From: Octopus bimaculoides | Lineage: Eukaryota | Length of the DNA: 44,580 nt | Assembly (NCBI RefSeq): GCF_001194135.2 | Contig: NC_069005.1 | Span: 15,031,307 to 15,075,886 of the forward strand | Reading direction: 5' to 3' | Shown: piece by piece, positions 1-10,690 of the stretch | Layout: each line of letters begins with the position of its first letter | Numbering within the stretch: position 1 is the first letter of the stretch | Program-made: the position numbers and the translations under genes | Notes under the pieces: model-generated | Seen by the model: the letters and a program-made list of their open reading frames with translations, nothing else | What the model was told of the DNA's origin: nothing | The model's database searches: none

Positions 1-166
1 AAAACTGCAGTGAGTAGTGAGGTACTGTGGCACCGACCCAACTCATGCCAGATGATGAAAACTGCAGTGAGTAGTGAGGTACTGTGGCACCGACCCAACT
101 CATGCCAGATGATGAAAACTGCAGTGAGTAGTGAGGTACTGTGGCACCGACCCAACTCATGCCAGA
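1..166 (+). repeat. 57-bp tandem repeat, about 2.9 copies, truncated by the window start
   Basis: Unit aaaactgcagtgagtagtgaggtactgtggcaccgacccaactcatgccagatgatg starts at 1, 58 and 115 with identical copies; followed by a (GAT)n run. Confidence 0.95.
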
Positions 167-295
167 AAAAGATGGGATGATGATGATGATAAGTAGTCAT
201 GAAAGATGCAGATCAAAGAAAGCTCGAGTAGTTATAATTAGATTGAACTTTAGAAAAGAACCTTCCATAAAATATGACAAGATGTATAGAGAGAT

Positions 296-438
296 GCTAT
301 GGCAAGAAGTTTGCTTCCCAACCACATGGTTCCAAGTTCAGTCCCACTGCACGGTAGCTTGGGAAAGTGTCTAGCCTCAAGTCAATCAAAGCTTTGTAAA
401 TGGATTGGTAGATGGAAACTGAAAGAAGCTTGTGATGT

Positions 439-529
<91 letters not shown>

Positions 530-725
530 TCCCCCTCCACCATTTGACAACCAGTGTTGGTGCATTTATGTCCCTGCAACAAAGCAGTTTGGTGAAAGGG
601 ACCAATAGAATAGGCATAAGTGCTAGGCTTAAAACAAAAGTACAAGAGTGTATTCATTCGACTAGAAACTCTTCAAGGTGGTGCCCCAGCAAGGCAGCAG
701 TTTCACAACTAAAACAAGTAAAAGA
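296..725 (+). mobile_element. tRNA-derived SINE, family B (contains an internal TG microsatellite)
   Basis: Head gcttcccaaccacatggttccaagttcagtcccactg with a B-box-like motif, central (TG)n, and 3' end ending ggtggtgccccagc...aaacaagtaaaag; homologous to many other copies in the window. Confidence 0.8.
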
Positions 726-1049
726 TACAATCTATGCCAACATTAAAGAATGGACAGAAAAAAATCAATAATTATGATAAAGACAATGCAATATCATAGA
801 TGACATCATATATGTCACTACCTTGCAGTGTTCCTGCTACCACACAATCAGAGCTAGACTAAGACTCACAGAAGCTCAAAACACTTAAAAGATTTTGGCG
901 TTCCCATATATATATAATGTAATTCAAAATATAAACAATAATAAACAATAAAATAAATTTTTATTTTTCAAAATGAAACAAAACTAACAGTAAGATGGAA
1001 AATAAGGTATGTGAAGCATAAATTTACATGAAATTTTTATGAACGGTAA

Positions 1050-1256
1050 CCCTTTTGCATTTAAATTGGCCATATCAGGCCCAAAGATTCTACCTTCAAA
1101 CCAACTAGATCCAGCCTCTCACACATACCCTGCAATATCATTCTAAAAATAAGCAATCACATCATTAAAATCTTGGCACTACAAGATAATGCAGGATCAA
1201 TTCAAAACAATGTAAATAAAATGTATTACATGTGACAGAATAATCTGAAAGGTGAA
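1050..1256 (+). mobile_element. Degenerate copy of the TTAA-type (piggyBac-like) MITE
   Basis: Begins cccttttgcattt and is colinear with the reverse complement of the better-preserved copies at 2004-2226 and 6278-6487. Confidence 0.7.
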
Positions 1257-1289
1257 ACGTGAGGTGTGTATCATAGAACCAGGGCAGTT

Positions 1290-1450
1290 TTAGGCAGGTT
1301 GGCAACAAAGGGTTATCAGGGTTTCACACTTTGTGGCAGTCAGCCAGATGGGAGTTAGTAATGAGTATAGTGATGAATTCACCATACATGTAGAGATACA
1401 TTAGGACTCAGTCTTCAACCCTCTTCTGTTCAATATAGACTCTACCAACT
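1290..1450 (+). pseudogene. Old RTE-clade LINE reverse-transcriptase fragment
   Basis: gggagttagtaatgagtatagtgatgaattc...ggactcagtcttcaaccctcttctgttc aligns by eye to the V.NE.S.EF..GVHQGSVLSPLLF region of the RT at 44370-44460; contains stops. Confidence 0.6.
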
Positions 1451-2003
1451 ATCCTACCCATACCACATATCCTGATATCATAGGCCCACCTAGCTGGTAT
1501 TAGTATATTTGGCTCAGATACCAACACAATAACCTTGCCTTGATATTTAAATACCTTACCATCTACTTACAGCCACAGAGACAGCCTCAGATAGCCGCTC
1601 TAAGTCTTTTCTTCTCATGATGGAAAGTGACCTTATGCATATTTGCAACTATGCTTCCAACAAGGGATCCATTTGATAACCTTACAGATACAGTGGTGAG
1701 GTTGACGCTTAAGTCCTGACAAACAGAGTCTCTAGTACTGGTGGCTCAACAAAATGCACTCAGTCTTTGCTGCAGGGTGGTTGGTGAAAGAAGGGCATCC
1801 AGCTGTAATAACTATGCAAACAACAAAGGAATAGCTGTGGATTCCACAAGCCACACACACACACAGAGGCATTCTGAATTAAAACTGACACACACAGAGT
1901 AGAGGAGAATTTTTAGTGTTGTCACAGACAACCAATTTAGTACCAGTAGGATGATAAAATATGATAAAGTAGCAGGTGGTAGGAAGGGTATCCACCCTGT
2001 TAA

Positions 2004-2226
2004 CCCTTTAGCATTTGCATTATTCTATCAAAAGTAATGCTTTTTTTTTATCCACATTGTTTTAAATTAATCATGAATTATCTTGTAGCTATGAGATTTT
2101 GATAAGGTAACCATTAACTTTTAGAATGATATTGTAGGGTTGGTGTGAGAAGTCAGATCTGGCCAGTTTGAACATAAAACAGGCAGAATACTTTGGCCAG
2201 ACATGGCTGGTTTAAATGCTAAAGGG
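2004..2226 (-). mobile_element. Non-autonomous MITE with 13-bp TIRs and TTAA target duplication (piggyBac-like)
   Basis: TTAA (2000-2003), then ccctttagcattt ... aaatgctaaaggg, then TTAA (2227-2230); inserted in an RTE-tail remnant. Confidence 0.85.
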
Positions 2227-2562
2227 TTAAAATCACACCAAAACGATATGCACAGTAACAAGTGGTGAGGTGCTGAGGAACCCACCCAGCCATGCCAGTT
2301 CAAAAAACAAACATCGTGATGATGATGATGATGATGACAGTGTGGCGATGACAAATATTTCACTGTTGCACACAGTAGCAAACTATTATATTATGGCAGC
2401 AAGCAAACAAAAATGTATATTTTAGACTAAGTGCCCTAATTACAAAGAAAGGAAGGGCTGAAGGGAATTAGCTGATGTTACTGACAACAATTCACACAGT
2501 GAAACCAAATATCAAACCTGCTAATAACAACAGCATCAATAATGATAATAATAATCTAATTC

Positions 2563-2770
2563 AGGCACAAGGCCAGCAATTTTGAGGGGAGAGGGTTTGT
2601 CAATACTGTCAACCCTCGTACTTGAAAGGCACTTTATCTTATTGACCCTGAAAGAATTAAAAGGAAAGGAAAAAGTTGACCCAGGCAGGATTTGAAACCA
2701 GAATGCAAAGGCCCAGAAGAAATATAAGGGATTTATTCTGATGCTCTAATGACTGCCCGCTTACCACCTT
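2563..2770 (-). mobile_element. tRNA-derived SINE, family A (degenerate)
   Basis: Reverse complement matches the ggcggcgagctggcag...gagttcaaattcc...aatttcaggccttgtgcct family best preserved at 31518-31749. Confidence 0.7.
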
Positions 2771-2785
2771 AATAATAATGATGAT

Positions 2786-2947
2786 AATTCTGTAAATAAT
2801 AATTATAAGCTTAAATTCATAAGCACGACATATATTGGCTATAGAAAATAGTCTAGTATTGGGGTATGTAAGCCCTCAACAGAAAAAAAATGGGTATATG
2901 CAGTGAATGTTTATAAGTTTAAGCTTATAATTATTATTTACAGAATT
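2786..2947. repeat. Inverted repeat with 30-bp perfect arms (MITE-like, 162 bp)
   Basis: aattctgtaaataataattataagcttaaa (2786-2815) is the exact reverse complement of 2918-2947. Confidence 0.85.
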
Positions 2948-3006
2948 TTCACTCATCACAATTTCCTAATTTAATGAATAATAATAATAATAATTCTTTC
3001 TACTAA

Positions 3007-3207
3007 AGGCACAAGACCAGACGTTTGGAGGAGGGGGATAGTCAATTACATCGACCCCAGTGCAAAACTGGTACTTATTTCATCAACCCCAAAAGGATGA
3101 AAAGCTAAGTCAACCTCAGTGGCATTTGAACTCAGAACATGAAGACAGACAAAATACTACTAAGCATTTTGCCTGACATGCTAATGATTCTGCTAGCTCA
3201 CTGCCTT
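3007..3207 (-). mobile_element. SINE family A copy
   Basis: Reverse complement of the family A head and body, with an (ATT)n-type tail upstream on the plus strand. Confidence 0.8.
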
Positions 3208-3435
3208 AATAATGATTTTTTATTTACTACCAAGGTCCCTTTCATACATATATACACAATGGAAAAAAGACCTCAACAAAGTTGTGGGGAAGCACAAAAT
3301 AAAGGAATATGAGAGATAAGACCAAATCAATCATTTAATTGGACACAAATATGAGAAACCCTGTAGAAGTAGAAAATATACAGAAATGGTTTTCCTCCAT
3401 TAAGTCCTCTTAGGTGGACTTAATACTACAAATTC

Positions 3436-3790
3436 ATCATTGTTTAACATCCTGGGCTGGGTGGTTTGATGGGAGCTGGCCAGCCAGGGAGTTGTCCAGA
3501 CTCCAATTGTCTGTTGTGGCATGATTTCTATGGCTGGATGCCCTTCCTAATGCCAACCACTTTACAGAGTGTGCTGGGTGCCTTTTACATACCACTGGCA
3601 CAAGTGCATTTCCATAGCACAGGTACAAGTGCATTTTATGTGGCACCAGCACCTGTAAAGGACAAGCTGATATGTATGGATGACTGCGATTTTACTTAGC
3701 TTGGCACATCTTCTCAAGTACAGCAAATTGCCACATCTTCTCAAGTACAGCAAATTGCCACATCTTCTGATCCCTTGTCATTTCCTCAAT
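3436..3790 (-). mobile_element. RTE 3'-UTR/tail-derived fragment containing a 27-bp tandem repeat (3705-3768)
   Basis: ctggatgcccttcctaatgccaaccac core shared with the RTE 3' end at 33480-33657; cacatcttctcaagtacagcaaattgc recurs at 3705, 3732 and 3759. Confidence 0.75.
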
Positions 3791-4507
3791 GAGGCCCATC
3801 GTCTGAACTTTCCAGTTATACAATACCCTTGTTATATTCTAGAATGAGATGTATCTACTCATGGTAGCTAAGTGGAATAAGTATTTTGAACACTGGTATC
3901 CATGCTGGGTACAATATTTGAAACATTGCTCATTTGGCTGGTAGTCTGACACCCTACTAACACAGCCAGCCAGCTACAGATAAGATAAGATGATAGACAA
4001 GAGAAATCCAGTATAAATCCATACAATAAAATATAAATAATAGTTCTTTAATCATTAAAAAAAAACCAAAAATGCTAATTTATTTCATTACAAGAACATT
4101 TTCAGTAGAATCTCCAGTTAATTAATAGATGAGGAACAGCAAGTATATAACACATAGTAGTGTCATGCTATGGTATATTGCCAGAACAAAATTGCTTTCC
4201 AATGAAGTGTCAACATATAAATCACTGTGGTACCACAAGGTTAAACATGCTAAGCTTGTATATATTACAGGCATTTGGTTGTTTACTCGACCAAGGTTAT
4301 TACAACTATTAGGTTGTTCACTTAAGCAAAGTTTACTAACTACTACAGCCAACAGTTTGTTTACTTGGACAAGGCATACATAATTCCGCTTTTTCAAGCC
4401 TGCTTGCCTAACAAGTTCTCATTCCACTTTACAGTGGAATGGTTAGCAGTAAAGGTGGAGCAGACATCTATGAATAATAATTGTTCTAAAAGTAGATAAA
4501 TGCCAGT

Positions 4508-4825
4508 GAAGGCACGTGGTCTCCTGGTTAGGGTATTTGGCTTATGGTCATAAGATCGGGAGTTCAATTCTCGACGATGCGTTGTCTTTGAGCAAGACAT
4601 TTTATTTCACATTGGTCCAGTCTACTCAGCTGGTAAAAATGAGTTGGGCCTGTAATTCAAAGGGTCAGCCATGTCACATTCTGTGTCTTGCTGAATCTCC
4701 AACAATTATCTTAATGGTACACATGTCAGTGGAGTGCTCAGTCACTTGTACATTAATTTCAAGAGCAGGCTGTTCCATTGATTGTACCAAGTGGAACACT
4801 TATCACTGTAATCAACAAAGAGCCA
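4508..4825 (+). mobile_element. tRNA-derived SINE, family D
   Basis: Head gaaggcacgtgg...ggttagggtatttggc...gagttcaattc with A/B-box-like motifs; homologous inverted copies at about 26478-26766 and 22392-22695. Confidence 0.75.
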
Positions 4826-5235
4826 CTAATATAAATGCCATCATGCGAGACAGAAAAATATGCTTGTTGCTTTTTTCTTTTTCAGTCTTAGAGCAAGCCT
4901 ATTATTTGTTTACAAGTGCAGGCATAGCTATGTGGTTAAGAAGATCTGCTTAACATCCAAGTTGTTTAGGATGAGGTCGCACTGCATAGCACCTTGGACA
5001 AACATCTGTTGTTGAGCCTTCAGTTAATCAATACCTTGAAAGTGAAATTTGGCAGACAGAAACTGTACAGAAGCTTGTATACACAGATACACACATACAG
5101 AAATATATTTGGGCACAGGGATGGCTAGTTCATTTCATAACTACATGGTTACATAGCCTAGTAATTAGGCAGTACATTGTGTCCTTCAGCAAGACACATA
5201 ATTTCATACCACACCACCATGCATGTGTGCACATG

Positions 5236-5317
<82 letters not shown>

Positions 5318-6277
5318 TATATCATCAGATAGCCAAAGGGTTACGTTTTGGAAGTTCATGTGACATGAACTGTCAATCAGTTGCTGGTGTTCTGGGTAGA
5401 ACATTTAACTTTAGATTATGGCTCTAACAATCAGAGATTAGATACCACATCAGTTTTGTTGATCCTTGCATCAGAATTTTTCAGTTTTCTTGCTTGGCAT
5501 TGATCTAGACTGATTCTTGCTATGAATGACATGTGCAACACCTATTCTACATGAAACTCATCATGGTCTTCTCCCAACAGCTGAACATTTTTCTTGGTCA
5601 TGGGGAATTCCCAGAATATGTGTGTTTATACACATATACATATGTAGAATAGGATGAGGGCTATCTGAAGACAAATGAATATCATATCGCCAATGCAATG
5701 TAGTAAAACCTTGTTATCCTCTTGTTTCATCACACTGCTCTTGCTTATCCCCTTGCTCAAGTACACAACATAGGCATCACCCACAATCACAACAGGTTCT
5801 GATGAAAGTTAAATCTGTGACCAAGTTTTTAATTCCTGGTCGTAGAGATTTCTCATCGCTTCTCAAGAAAATTCCCTTAGAAGAAGTATGGATGCATCTC
5901 ACAATTCATGCTTCCTAACTGAAAAATTTTTCAGAGAAGACTACAAATAAAACCACTCCAATGCATAAGTTTTCTAAAACAACACAACATCACAGTAGGT
6001 TCAACAGAAGAAAAAGGATACAATTTAAACATCCCTTTTCCCGTTTTCCCCATTTCTTACCCATACACTCTTCCATTCACTCACACTCTTAGTTTCTCTG
6101 ACCACTCACCCACTTTTATTCACCTCTTACCTTGAGATGCCACCTGAACACCTCATCACCATTATTTATCTCTATGCAGCTACTGATTCATTCTCCGCTC
6201 TCCCCTAAACATGAGTAGCTATGTGGCTCCTTTACAAGAACCTGCTCTACCCCAACACTCTTTTTCTTATATCTTAA

Positions 6278-6487
6278 CTCTTTGGCATTCAAATTACTCT
6301 GTTGAATGTAATCTACATTTTTAAAAATTAATTATGTAGTATTTTGTAACTTCAAAATTTTGAAGATGTGGCTGTTTATTTTTAGAATGACATTATAGGG
6401 TAGGTGTGAAAGACTGGATCTGGCCACTTTCAACATAAAACAGATAGAATATTTGGGCCAGATATGGCCGGTTTAAATGCTAATGGG
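6278..6487 (-). mobile_element. TTAA-flanked MITE (same family as 2004-2226)
   Basis: TTAA (6274-6277), ctctttggcatt ... aatgctaatggg, TTAA (6488-6491). Confidence 0.8.
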
Positions 6488-6499
6488 TTAACCTTAGTA

Positions 6500-7736
6500 C
6501 TGGCTCATCCCATAAATATGCGGTTTTTTCAATAGCATGAACTAAAAGTTGGAAGGGGACAGGTTAAACTACCTGCATCAACTCACTGCAAAAGCAGGTA
6601 GTAATTTTACCATGTCCTTATTCTTAGTGCAAGTTTTGATGAGTGCAGTTCAATTTGAAAGGTTATCTTTTCAAAGCTATAATGGAAGTGACAAAGGAGC
6701 ATATTCAGTATATTTTGCTTTATAAGTTCAATAGAGGTAATAACGCAACGGAAAGTGCAAGGAATATTACTGCAGTATATGTGGATCAGACAATAAGTGT
6801 AAATCAGTGCCAATGCTGGTTCCAGAAATTCCAAGCCAGAAACTACAGCCTAGAAGACGAGCCTTGTCCTGGAAGATCTGTAGAGCTTGACGAGGACATC
6901 CTGCAAACCCTGGTGGAACACAATTCCCTTGTAACTGTTGAAGAACTAGCAGAGAAGCTTGGATTTGGTCATTCAACCATTCATCGACACCTGCATGCCA
7001 TTGGAAAAGTCAGCCAAATGGGTCAATGGGTGCCTCACAAACTTTCCAAGTCTAATCATATGCAGAGAGTGAATGTGTGGATCTTGCTGTCACGTCTCAT
7101 GAATGAACCTTTTTCAAACCAAATAGTGACTGGTGATGAGAAATGGGTTCTCTGTAAAAATGTCAAGTGCCAAAGACAGTGGGTAGGGAAAGGAGAAATA
7201 CTGTTACTCCAGGCTAAAGAAGGTCTTCACCCATGTAAGGTGTTGTTATCTGTTTTAGTGGGATATGAAAGGTTTAGTACACTTTGAACTTTTAAACCGA
7301 AGCCAAATGATAACAAAGGAGACCTACTGCGAGCAGCCTGAGTGGCTTAAGTCAGAGCTAGAAGGAAAACAACCATCTTTGGTTTCAAGACAAAAGATGT
7401 TCCTCTATCAGGATAATGCTCACCCACATACAGCAAGGATGATATTTCAAAGGCTGGAGCAGTTTGAATGGGAAATGATGCCCCACCTACCATATTCACC
7501 GGACATTGTCCCATCTGATTATCATTTATTCCGCAGTCTTCAAAATCATTTGGATGGAAAAAAATATGAATTCTGTTGATGAGGTCAGAACAATACTGGA
7601 GGAGTATTTTTTGTCACAGACAAGTGAATTTTGTAGAAAATGAAGGAGAGTAAATTTTAGATTAAAAACGAACATTATCTTAATTTTGAAAAATAAGAAA
7701 AGTATAAAAGAACACATTATTTATGGGATGACCCAA
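6500..7736 (+). mobile_element. Full-length mariner (DD34D) transposon, inactivated
   Basis: Imperfect TIRs of about 30 bp (tggctcatcccataaatatgcgg on the left; the right end reads ttgggtcatcccataaataatgtg on the minus strand), TA on both sides (6498-6499, 7737-7738), length about 1.24 kb. Confidence 0.93.
6682..7579 (+). pseudogene. Mariner transposase pseudogene, frameshifted near 7263
   Basis: ATG at 6682 (MEVTKEHIQYILL...); HTH region, WVPHKL, GDEKW, QDNAHPH and YSPDIVPSD motifs; 34 residues between the second and third catalytic Asp; split across ORFs 6643-7287 and 7265-7579. Confidence 0.93.
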
Positions 7737-7744
7737 TATATAGG

Positions 7745-7899
7745 TGCAGGCATGGCAGTGTGGTAAAAAGCTTGCTTCCCAATCACATGGCTCTGAGTTC
7801 AGTCACATTGTGTGGTGCCTTGGGCAGGTGCCTTCTACTATAGCTTTGAGCCAACAAAACCTTGTGAAAGAATTTGGTAGACAGAATTGAAAGAATACT

Positions 7900-7952
<53 letters not shown>

Positions 7953-8085
7953 GTGTATGCCAATGTGTTTGTCCCCCACCATCGCTTGACACCTGATGTG
8001 TCCCTGTAACTTAGCAGTTCAACGAAAGACCAACATAATAAGTACCAGGCTTAAAAAAAAGAACTGGGGTAAAATTCTTCAAGTA
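7745..8085 (+). mobile_element. SINE family B copy with internal (TG)n
   Basis: tgcaggcatggcagtgtggtaaaaagcttgcttcccaatcacatgg head, (TG)n core, and conserved 3' part aataagtaccaggcttaaaa. Confidence 0.8.
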
Positions 8086-8752
8086 AAAGAATAACAAGAT
8101 AAAAAAGCCCCACCCCTCACTCCAAGTTTCATAGTCTTTTGAACTGCAAAGGCAACCTCACTAGTGCCAGCGACATGAGAAAAGCACCCAGCACATGCGG
8201 TAAAGTAGTTGGCATTAGGAGGGGCATCCAGCCATAGAAACCATGTCAAAGCAGACACAGGAGGACAATGCAGCTCTTGGACCCATCAGATCATATCAAA
8301 AAAACTATCTGATCCATGCCAGCATGGAATATGGACATTAAATGACAATGATGATGATGATGACAAAAAAAAAAACACAATTGAAAGCAGTATTATTTTC
8401 ATAACTGAGTGAGGGTAGTGGTGGTGGTGAAAGGTAGAGAGGGAGTGTTATGCAATAATTGAATAATAGAAATAACCAAAAGAATAACAACACATACAAA
8501 CAACCAAACAAAAGCAAAGGAATTAAACAAAAACTATTAACGAAATCCATCAACAATGAATATAGACAAACAATTTTTTTGTCATAGAAATGGCTATCAC
8601 CTGCCTTAGTTTAGTCAGTGAGAAGTAACAAACAAGGCTAATAAACACTGAAAAACAATGTGCGTGTATATATATATATGTATCTATCTATCTTTATATA
8701 GATATACACACACACACACACACATACATACATACATACATACATACATAAA

Positions 8753-9520
8753 CAGGGTGGTGTAAAAGTTATGTACCACCCTAATCACGAGAAAAACCGT
8801 TTATATAAGAGATATGATAATCTTTTATTTTATTTACAACATACATGATCACAAAATTATTAACTCACAACAAAAAAATAGTTGCAATAATTGTTCAAAG
8901 TGATTTCTCTCACATTCATTACATTTCTGAAAATGAAACCAAAGAGAATTTTGTACATTATTCATGACCTCAGTGTTGTTCTTTGCTCACTGAAATCATG
9001 TTTTCTTTTAATTCTTGGACAAGTTGTACAGTAAAACAGACTTAAGGTGCCATCATAAGAAAAAGTCAACGGCTGTTAGGTCTGGGGATATCAGAAGCCA
9101 AGATAAAGGACCTTGTCAGCCAATCCATCAATTGGTGAAATTTCGTACAATGTTGGTGAAGTGTGAGAGTGCTCCATCCTGCTGAAACCATGTATGAGTT
9201 CTTTCTTCAGTAAATAAACCATTTATTAGAGGCATCAAAAAAGATTTAAGCATTCATAAATATGAGTCACCATTTACTGTACTGTCAAAGGAGTAGGGTC
9301 CAATTCTTCTTTCACTCCAGATGCCAGCCCACACTGTAACTCGTGGGTTATACTGCGGATTGCTGCCTATCCTGTTTGGAATGGCATCTGACCAATAGCA
9401 AGTTTATGCCTGTCCACTGACCCCATAAAAAGAAAGATGGCTTCATCCAAGAAAAAGAGGTTTCTAATAAACTGCTGGGTTTTGGAAAGGATCTAATCAC
9501 AGAATTCTGTTTTCTGGTCT
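8753..9520 (-). mobile_element. Decayed Tc1/mariner-superfamily element, probably rosa/DD41D-like; partial
   Basis: Minus-strand translation gives remnants VTVWAGI...GPYSFD.TVNGDSY, WFQQDGALSH, WIG.QGP.SW...SPDLTAVDFF with stops and frameshifts; terminal-like cagggtggtgtaaaagtt at 8753. The D-D spacing here is 36, consistent with a short deletion from 41. Confidence 0.7.
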
Positions 9521-10109
9521 CTCTCATTGCCATGTAACACCTGAACAAAATGAATTTTATACAGATGGAAAAACAATGCATTGTGAGTGAATTTGGAAGA
9601 CAAAAAGGTGTGTGGAAGCCAGTCATACATATGTACATGTATAAACAGAGAAAGAGAAAAGATGAAAAAACACAGAAGATTTGTTTTACAGGATTTAAGA
9701 GTATATTAGAGTCATGATAATAAAGATATACAATTTTGTACAAAATAAGATTTTGTTCTTTCAACATAACTGGAGTAAGGACTGGTTTTGCATTGCTCAT
9801 CAAACTGAGAGTTGAAAGTAATGCATATATGTACACGTATATATATATGTACACGCATATATGTACACATATATATGTACACGTATATATATATGTATAT
9901 GTATATATGTACATGTGTTTTTACCCCTTGATTAAAAATGTATCAAAATAGTCAGTTCTTAAAAATGAAGCAATCCATGGTAGGTCCAGTGTCCAAGCAG
10001 TGTAAGAGAGTTCCAAAGAAGGGTAAGTCAAAATCCACACCTATGGCCATTTCAGGAGTTCATTGCCGCAGTCCAATTACAAGTTAAAGGGCATCTCGAC
10101 AATGACCCT

Positions 10110-10690
10110 TTGTGAACTACTTGAATGTGAAATTTCTAGAGAGTTCTGTTCATCCTGATGATTGCAGGGAATTATGTATAAGCGAAACAGGGAATGCATT
10201 ATTGGAATGCTCAAGAATCCACAGACAACAAATCCGGAACATCAATGTTTGCCAAATTCTATTGAGCGAACATATAGAAAGATGTGGTCAGAAAATGTTT
10301 CTAGTTTTTCCTTTCCACAAACTACATGACACCAGTGAGGTTAGAAGAAAGATAAAAGAAAAATGGTTTATCGAAATGTTCAAACCTGTTCTGAACGCAA
10401 ATAACAGCAATAATATAACAACCAGTTAACAATGTGAATTAATAAATATAAACAAGTTACAGAATATCGGTACGCCTGGCAAACCATGATGTTTAAGAGC
10501 ATGTGGATTCTAAAAATTCAGCTAGCTGGATCATTCTAAGAGGTTGTAAAGTTGTCAAGAACTCAACTGTCAGTTAAACACATTTGAAATCTGATGAGTA
10601 CACTATGTATGAAAGTGCTAATTTTGATAAAATACCATAATAAAAGACGTGAAAACCAGACTACGTTTTAACTTTATTCAACTGATATAT
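10110..10690 (+). mobile_element. Penelope-like element 3' fragment: GIY-YIG endonuclease C-terminus plus non-coding tail
   Basis: ORF 10112-10429 reads CRELCISETG...HRQQIR...SEHIERCG..FLVFPF...RKIKEKWFIEMFKPVLN, matching the PLE pattern C..C...YIGETG...H...H...R...E...I....P.LN; a hammerhead-like motif lies downstream. Confidence 0.75.
10584..10627 (+). ncRNA. Minimal type I hammerhead ribozyme motif (Penelope-type), probably CpG-decayed
   Basis: ttgaaat CTGATGA gtac-actat-gtat GAAA gtgc TA attttga: complete core, 4-bp stem II, minimal stem III, CUA cleavage triplet, and 7-bp stem I with two G-U pairs. Confidence 0.65.

Noticed and set aside
297-771. HT-repeat and CV-repeat ORFs (also near 5130-5427, 7783-7992 and 40798-41169)
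   Set aside because: Translations of dinucleotide microsatellites, mostly inside SINEs.
4508-4600. tRNA genes at SINE heads (also near 14371 and 31841)
   Set aside because: A/B-box-like motifs are present, but there is no complete cloverleaf and each continues into a SINE body.
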